Shown here in pieces: positions 58,557 to 64,000 of a stretch of DNA of 64,000 nucleotides. This DNA is from an uncultured Oscillospiraceae bacterium (GTDB lineage Bacteria > Bacillota > Clostridia > Oscillospirales > Oscillospiraceae): contig CAKTVG010000003.1 of NCBI GenBank assembly GCA_934622035.1, forward strand, positions 465-64,464. Direction: 5' to 3'. Within the stretch, counting starts at the first letter, position 1; each line of letters opens with the position of its first letter. A program made the position numbers and the translations under genes. The notes under the pieces are model-generated. The model saw only the letters and a program-made list of their open reading frames with translations. It was not told the DNA's origin and made no database searches.

Positions 58557-59545
58557 TCCGCGTTTTCGGTTTCGCAGGTTTTCTGCCGCGCCATCAGATG
58601 ATGGATTGCCTCGCGGGCGTCCGCGCCGCAGTACAGAACGTTGTACGCCGCCTCAGTGATCGGCATATTGACCTTGTGCTTCTGCGCAAGCTCCCAGGCG
58701 GAGCGTGCCGCATAGTAGCCCTCGACCACGGCGCCGACCTGACGCATGGCGTCCTGCACACCGACGCCCTCGCCGATCAGGATGCCTGCACGGCGGTTGC
58801 GCGAATGCATGGAGGTGCAGGTAACGATCAGGTCGCCCACACCGGCAAGGCCCGCCAGCGTTTCGCGCTGCGCACCCAGCGCCATGCCCAGCCGCGCCAC
58901 CTCTGCAAGACCGCGCGTCATCAAAAGCGCCTTGGTGTTGTCGCCGTAGCCCATGCCGTCGCAGACGCCCGCGCAGAGCGCCACGACGTTCTTAAACGCC
59001 GCGCCCAGCTCCACGCCGACGGGGTCAGGGCAGGTATAGACGCGCAGGCGGTCGTTCATAAACGCAGCCTGCACCTTTTCCGCCAGCGCACGGTCGCGGC
59101 AGGCCGCAACCACGCCGGTGGGAATGCCGCGGCTGACCTCCTCGGCGTGAGAAGGTCCGGACAGCGCCACCACAGGCAGCCCCGTCTCCTGCGAGACGAT
59201 CTCGGACATACGGCAGCCGGTTCCCTCTTCGATGCCCTTGGTTACGGACACGAGCGTCATGCGCGCCGAAACATAGGGCGCAAAGGTCTTTGCCGTTCCG
59301 CGTACCGCAAAGGAGGGCGTGGCAAACACGGCCATGTCCTTGTCCCGCGCCTGTGCAGGATCGGAGGTAAAATACAGCTCCTTCGGCAGCTCCACGCCCG
59401 GCAAATAGGGGTTCTGCCGTGTTTTTTCCAGGTTTTCGCTTTCCGCGGCGCAGTAGGACCAGAGCGTCACCTCATGGCCGTTCTTCTGCAGGAGCATGGC
59501 CAGCGCCGTGCCCCAGCCGCCGCTGCCGATCACGATGATTTGCAT
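58544..59545 (-). CDS. gpsA: NAD(P)H-dependent glycerol-3-phosphate dehydrogenase
   Basis: The N-terminal GSGGWGTALA Rossmann fold and the GpsA C-terminal domain are present. Confidence 0.95.
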   Translation of the reverse strand: MQIIVIGSGGWGTALAMLLQKNGHEVTLWSYCAAESENLEKTRQNPYLPGVELPKELYFTSDPAQARDKDMAVFATPSFAVRGTAKTFAPYVSARMTLVSVTKGIEEGTGCRMSEIVSQETGLPVVALSGPSHAEEVSRGIPTGVVAACRDRALAEKVQAAFMNDRLRVYTCPDPVGVELGAAFKNVVALCAGVCDGMGYGDNTKALLMTRGLAEVARLGMALGAQRETLAGLAGVGDLIVTCTSMHSRNRRAGILIGEGVGVQDAMRQVGAVVEGYYAARSAWELAQKHKVNMPITEAAYNVLYCGADAREAIHHLMARQKTCETENAEWAR

Positions 59546-59555
59546 GGCAAAAGCC

Positions 59556-60179
59556 TCACTTTCGCTGAGATTTCTTCAAATAGGTTTTTGTCTCCTGCCC
59601 GCGCAGCAGGCGTACGATGTTGCTTCTGTGCATAAACAGCGCCAGCAGCGCGACGCCCACACCAATCAGTGCGATATCCAGCCGGTCGCGGAAGAAGATC
59701 AAAAACGCGGCGGCATAGCCGAGCGCCGCAACGACCGAGCCGAGAGAGACAAGATGCGTCGTAAAGAACAGAATCAAAAAGACGGAAAACAGAATTGCAA
59801 AGATACGCCAGTCCATCATCAGCGCCAGCGCACCGGCGCAGATAATCCCCTTGCCGCCGCGGAAGCGATAGTAGACCGGAAAAATATGGCCCACCTGCGC
59901 CGCCGCGCCCGCAATCATCTTGCCGAGCTGCGGATCGGACGGCAGCAGCCACATGCCGAGCAGGCACGCCGCAACGGTCTTGAGTACATCAATCGCCGCA
60001 ACCAGAATGGTCGCCGCGCCGCCGTAGTTGCGCAGATAGTTGGTCAGTCCTGCATTGCCGCTGCCCTTTTTGCGCACGTCGTCGCGCAGGAACACATGAG
60101 ACACCACAATTGCGCCGTTCAGGCCGCCGAGCAGATAGCCCGCAAGCAGACAGGCTGCAATTCTCCAGGCCATGCTCAC
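59556..60179 (-). CDS. plsY: Glycerol-3-phosphate acyltransferase PlsY
   Basis: The PlsY signature KGSGNAGLTN and FRGGKG are present. Confidence 0.92.
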   Translation of the reverse strand: MSMAWRIAACLLAGYLLGGLNGAIVVSHVFLRDDVRKKGSGNAGLTNYLRNYGGAATILVAAIDVLKTVAACLLGMWLLPSDPQLGKMIAGAAAQVGHIFPVYYRFRGGKGIICAGALALMMDWRIFAILFSVFLILFFTTHLVSLGSVVAALGYAAAFLIFFRDRLDIALIGVGVALLALFMHRSNIVRLLRGQETKTYLKKSQRK

Positions 60180-61504
60180 TCCTCCTTATCACCCTTCTGG
60201 CGGATGGTAATTTTGACCGGCGTTCCCTCCAGGCCGAACACCGCGCGAATCTGATTTTCCAGGTAGCGCTGGTAGGAAAAATGGAACAGCCGTGCGTCGT
60301 TGCAGAAGATCACAAAGTGCGGCGGCTTCACGCCGACCTGCGTCATATAGTAGATTTTCAGGCGGCGTCCCTTGTCCGTGGGAGGCTGCACACGCGCCGT
60401 GGCATCCTCGAGGATGTTGTTGAGCATGCCAGTCGTGATGCGCATGGCGCTCTGGTTGGCAACGATATTGATCAGCTCAAAGAGCTTGCCGACGCGCTGT
60501 CCGGTCAGGGCGGAGATGAACAGCACCGGCGCATAGGTCATATAGCCCAGATCCTGGCGGATCTTTGCCGTCATCTCGTTCATGGTGTTCGTCTCTTTTT
60601 CGAGCATGTCCCACTTATTGACGACGATGATGCTCGCCTTGCCCGCCTCGTGCGCCAGCCCGGCAATTTTGGTATCCTGCTCCGTAACGCCCTCATTGGC
60701 GTCGATCAGGATCAGGCAGACATCCGCACGGTCGATGGCAGCAATGGAGCGCATATTGGAATACTTTTCAATCGCGTCGTCCACCTTGGACTTGCGGCGC
60801 ATTCCCGCCGTGTCGATAAAGCGGTATTTGCCGAACTCGTTTTCAAACAGGCTGTCGATGGCGTCGCGCGTCGTGCCGGCAACGTCGGAGACGATCACGC
60901 GCTCCTGTCCGAGGATGCGGTTAAGCAGGCTGGACTTGCCGACATTGGGCTTGCCGACGATGGCGACATTGATGATCTCTCCGTCCTCCTCGTCCCCGCT
61001 CTCCTCCGGGAAATGCGCAACGCACCAGTCGAGCAGATCGCCTGTACCGTGGCCGTGAACTGCGGAGACCTCAATCGGGTCGCCCAGCCCCAGCGCATAG
61101 AATTCATAGACATTCGGGTCGGTCGTGCCGACGGAGTCGCACTTGTTGACCGCCAGGCACACCGGCTTTTTGCTGCGCAGCAGCATGGACGCCACGTCCT
61201 GATCGGCAGCGGTGACGCCGGTCTTGACGTCCGTGACCATCACGATCACATCTGCCGTTGCAATGGCGATCTCCGCCTGACGACGCATGAACTTCAGCAT
61301 CTCGCTGTCCGTATTCGGCTCGATACCGCCGGTATCCACCAGTTCAAAATCCCTGCCGTTCCAGTCGCAGGCGCCGTAGATGCGGTCGCGGGTCACGCCC
61401 GGCGTGTCCTCTACGATTGCGGTGCGCCTGCCGGTCAGCTTATTAAACAGCATCGACTTGCCCACATTGGGCCTGCCGACAATGGCAACCAAAGGCTTTC
61501 CCAT
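60176..61504 (-). CDS. der: Ribosome-biogenesis GTPase Der (EngA)
   Basis: Tandem GTPase domains (GRPNVGKS twice) plus a KH-like C-terminus. It sits in the conserved der-plsY-gpsA operon. Confidence 0.95.
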   Translation of the reverse strand: MGKPLVAIVGRPNVGKSMLFNKLTGRRTAIVEDTPGVTRDRIYGACDWNGRDFELVDTGGIEPNTDSEMLKFMRRQAEIAIATADVIVMVTDVKTGVTAADQDVASMLLRSKKPVCLAVNKCDSVGTTDPNVYEFYALGLGDPIEVSAVHGHGTGDLLDWCVAHFPEESGDEEDGEIINVAIVGKPNVGKSSLLNRILGQERVIVSDVAGTTRDAIDSLFENEFGKYRFIDTAGMRRKSKVDDAIEKYSNMRSIAAIDRADVCLILIDANEGVTEQDTKIAGLAHEAGKASIIVVNKWDMLEKETNTMNEMTAKIRQDLGYMTYAPVLFISALTGQRVGKLFELINIVANQSAMRITTGMLNNILEDATARVQPPTDKGRRLKIYYMTQVGVKPPHFVIFCNDARLFHFSYQRYLENQIRAVFGLEGTPVKITIRQKGDKEE

Positions 61505-61528
61505 TGTTTTCTCCTCTCTCTGCGGCGC

Positions 61529-62338
61529 TTACTGGCGCTCCAGCGCAAAGCAGGCCCAGGAGGTCTGCAAGGCCGAGAGCCACTGCTCCGCCGTCATCGC
61601 GTCCGACTCTTCCGCGCTGAAATTGCGCCAGCCGAATGCCGCACGGTACTTCTGCGCATTCGGGAAGACCGTATCCGCCAGGGTGAGATAGGCATCCTCG
61701 TCAATTTCCGTCTCGTTTTCGTCGCGGTAGGTCGTGCTCAGCTCCTCCGTATCGGGATCATACTGCTGATACATGCTGCCGAGCGTCCGCAGCCCCAGCT
61801 TACCCTCGGAAAGGGACAGCGCAAGGCGCGTCTCGCCGCTCTCGCCCGCGTTCACGCGAACAAAATCGTTAAAAATATAGGCGTACACGCCGTTGTCCAG
61901 ATAGGCGGTCGTCTCCGAGAAGGAAATCAGATCCGGCTGGCCATCCTCCGGAATCTGCGAGGCATCGCAGAGCGTCACGCCGTCGTAGGTCTCGTTGATC
62001 TCCCAGATCTCATTGCTGGAGAAGAAGCCCGATCCCTGGCAGATCGTGCAGACCAGCTCCAGGCGGCCGTTCTGGTCCAGATCGGCGACCATATAGCTGT
62101 AGCTGGCATATTCCTCCGTGCGTACCCACTGCGTGTAATTGTCCGCAAGGATGCGCAGCTGCTCGTCATAGTCCGGCTTGGGCGGTTCGGTTTCGGTGGG
62201 CGTCTCAGTCGCGCTTTCGCTGGAAGACGCCGGCGCGCCGGATTCGGTATTCTTCTGGATGTCGTCCATCGTCCCGCAGGCAGCCAGCGCCGCCGCCAGC
62301 AGCGCCGCCGCCAGCAGCGCAGTCATTCGTTTCAGCAT
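61529..62338 (-). CDS. Lipoprotein of unknown function
   Basis: The start is taken at MLKRMTALLAAALLAAALAAC (lipobox LAAC), which has a GGAGGA RBS. An Ala/Ser/Thr/Glu-rich linker follows. Confidence 0.65.
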   Translation of the reverse strand: MLKRMTALLAAALLAAALAACGTMDDIQKNTESGAPASSSESATETPTETEPPKPDYDEQLRILADNYTQWVRTEEYASYSYMVADLDQNGRLELVCTICQGSGFFSSNEIWEINETYDGVTLCDASQIPEDGQPDLISFSETTAYLDNGVYAYIFNDFVRVNAGESGETRLALSLSEGKLGLRTLGSMYQQYDPDTEELSTTYRDENETEIDEDAYLTLADTVFPNAQKYRAAFGWRNFSAEESDAMTAEQWLSALQTSWACFALERQ

Positions 62339-62473
62339 AATATCCTCCATTATGGTATTGACTGTATTATCTCACAGAAGCGGCTTTTTTTCAAGTCCAA
62401 AACGCGCCCTGTCGGAAACGGCAAAAAGAAAAGAGGAAGGGATCCTCCCCTCCTCATCTCTCTTGTTCATGAA

Positions 62474-62662
62474 TTACTTCGCTTCTGCAGCAGGAAGAAC
62501 CTCGCGGCCATTGTAGGTACCGCAGTTCTTGCAAGCTCTGTGAGGCAGACGCGCCTCGCCGCACTTCGGGCAAGCAACAACGCCGGGCACGGAGAGCTTC
62601 CAGTGAGAGCTACGTCTCTTATCCCGTCTTGCCTTGGAAACTTTACATTTTGGAACAGCCAT
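62474..62662 (-). CDS. rpmF: 50S ribosomal protein L32
   Basis: [17 protein letters not shown] and the [20 protein letters not shown] zinc ribbon match L32. The RBS is AAGGAGGTG. A minus-strand terminator sits at about 62411-62445. Confidence 0.9.
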   Translation of the reverse strand: MAVPKCKVSKARRDKRRSSHWKLSVPGVVACPKCGEARLPHRACKNCGTYNGREVLPAAEAK

Positions 62663-62702
62663 GAATGACACCTCCTTGGTCAGATGCTTTGAGCATAAAA
62701 CT

Positions 62703-63227
62703 TTATTTCTTATCCTTCAACAGCTGCCCAAGGACAGCCAAACGGGGATCCGTTTCGGGACGGCACGCACAGGGGCCGTCGTTCAGATTCTTGCCGCAGC
62801 GGCAGCACAGGCCCTTGCAGTCCGGGCGGCACAGCAGCTTGGAATCCATATTCAGCACAAACGCAGTAGTGAGGATTTCGTCCAGATCGGCCTTGTCCTC
62901 CTGCAAAAGGAAGGTCCACTCATCCGCCGTATCCTCGTCCTCCAGCTCCCGCACCAGCACTGCCTCCACGGGATAGGAAACCTCACGCAGGAACTCCGTC
63001 GCGCAGCGGTCACAGGCGGCATGCAGCGTGGTGGAAATCTCCGCCCGCAGCATCAGCACCCCGGCAACGTTTCTTACCGTTCCCTCGGCGCGAACCGGCT
63101 CGGAAACCGGATAGCTCCCGCCGAATTGCAGCTCGTGCAGATCCAGCTCCGTGCGGAAGGGCAGTTCGCTGTCCGGCGTTTGAATGATCTTTGACAAATC
63201 AAGCAGCATAGCGATCCCCTGTTCCAT
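62703..63227 (-). CDS. yceD: YceD/DUF177 family protein (upstream partner of rpmF)
   Basis: The C-terminal Cys cluster ([23 protein letters not shown]) and the conserved yceD-rpmF arrangement support this. The start is ambiguous between 63227 and 63209. A TTGACA-17-TATAAT promoter lies upstream. Confidence 0.75.
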   Translation of the reverse strand: MEQGIAMLLDLSKIIQTPDSELPFRTELDLHELQFGGSYPVSEPVRAEGTVRNVAGVLMLRAEISTTLHAACDRCATEFLREVSYPVEAVLVRELEDEDTADEWTFLLQEDKADLDEILTTAFVLNMDSKLLCRPDCKGLCCRCGKNLNDGPCACRPETDPRLAVLGQLLKDKK

Positions 63228-63361
63228 AGTCGTGCAGGAGATATTATAACGTCCTTTCTCCCGTTTGTCAAACCCTTTTTCATTTTTTTCTCCGAAAAAG
63301 TGCTTGACTTTCGCAATCTTCTGCGGCATAGTATAAGAAAATGCTTTCCGGGGGAAGTTTT

Positions 63362-64000
63362 GTGAAGGAATTGACGATTGGGCGCAATGATGCAGGCCAG
63401 CGGCTGGACCGTTTTCTGGCAAAGGCCGTGCCGCTGCTGCCCGCCTCGCTCGCGCAGAAATATATCCGCCTCAAGCGCATCAAGCTGGGCGGCAAGCGCG
63501 TCAGCCGGGATACGCGCCTGAACGAGGGCGACGTATTGCAGCTTTATATCAACGATGAATTTTTCGACACGCCCTCGCAGGAAAACGCCTATCTGACCGT
63601 CAGTGCGCCGAAGCTCAATATTCTCTATGAGGACGAGAACATTCTCCTCGTGGACAAGCGCCCCGGTCTGGCCGTTCATCCGCACGACGGCGCGGAATAC
63701 GGCAAAACGCTGATTGACCACATTCAGGCCTATCTCTATGCCAAACGCGAGTGGCGTCCCCGCGAGGAAAACGCCTTCACCCCTGCGCTCTGCAACCGCA
63801 TCGATCGCAACACCGGCGGCATTGTCATCGCCGCAAAAAATGCGGAGGCGCTGCGCATTCTCAATCAGAAAATCAAGGACCGGGAGATCGACAAACGCTA
63901 TCTCGCCATCGTCGAGGGAACGCCGAAGCCGAAGGACGGCGTCCTGAAGGGCTATTTATTCAAGGACGCCGTGAAAAACCGCGTCTATGTGACGGATGCA
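63362..64000 (+). CDS. RluA-family 23S rRNA pseudouridine synthase (RluD/RluC-like, S4 domain N-terminus), partial at the window end
   Basis: From a GTG with a GGGGGAAG RBS the protein begins VKELTIGRNDAGQRLDRFLAKAV... (S4-like), then HPHDGAEYGKTL and ALCNRIDRNTGGIVIAAK. It is missing from the ORF track because there is no stop inside the window. Confidence 0.8.
   Translation, partial: MKELTIGRNDAGQRLDRFLAKAVPLLPASLAQKYIRLKRIKLGGKRVSRDTRLNEGDVLQLYINDEFFDTPSQENAYLTVSAPKLNILYEDENILLVDKRPGLAVHPHDGAEYGKTLIDHIQAYLYAKREWRPREENAFTPALCNRIDRNTGGIVIAAKNAEALRILNQKIKDREIDKRYLAIVEGTPKPKDGVLKGYLFKDAVKNRVYVTDA

Overview
The window is a high-GC (about 60%) chromosomal segment from what looks like a Clostridia (Oscillospiraceae-like) genome, and it is almost entirely housekeeping genes. 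I can support about 57 protein-coding genes. There are no rRNA or tRNA genes, no CRISPR array, and no transposase, integrase or phage genes.

**Gene content, in order along the window.** The genes run aspS-hisS-dapB-dapA on the minus strand, then rpsF-ssb-rpsR, a MATE efflux pump, carD, copZ, rluA, murC, and a large M4 (thermolysin-like) peptidase lipoprotein. Next come trpB2, a DHHW protein, an MBOAT acyltransferase, an alanine symporter, a DivIVA-domain protein, a standalone Spo0A C-terminal domain protein, an amidohydrolase, a DUF362 Fe-S protein, an XRE regulator, ssnA and ygfK. After those are asnA-asnS, then tsaD-rimI-polA-cysS-cysE, pgsA, rimO, recX-recA, prmC, a two-component system with a lipoprotein, dnaE-whiA-murB, a large sortase-type surface protein and hprK, then rpmB, gtrA-gpsA-plsY-der, rpmF-yceD and a partial RluD-like synthase.

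**Regulatory RNA.** Two T-box riboswitch leaders are readable directly in the sequence, each with the conserved GGGTGGNACCGC box and a terminator hairpin. One sits upstream of trpB2 (Trp-type, antiterminator bulge UGGC). The other sits upstream of cysE-cysS (Cys-type, bulge UGGA).

**Other observations.** The M4 peptidase gene ends at an in-frame TAG followed by 36 coding-like codons, and its catalytic core has a sharp drop in GC. There is a short lower-GC insert holding an XRE regulator and a lipoprotein, with a perfect consensus promoter and a direct repeat. ssnA and ygfK flank a small Arg-rich membrane ORF and carry no molybdenum hydroxylase gene in the window. There is also a 360-bp AT-rich gene-free gap.

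I did not find a clear-cut novel multi-gene system; the findings below are the best candidates, each with what I think it is worth. Regulatory coordinates are read by eye and may be off by 1-2 nt.
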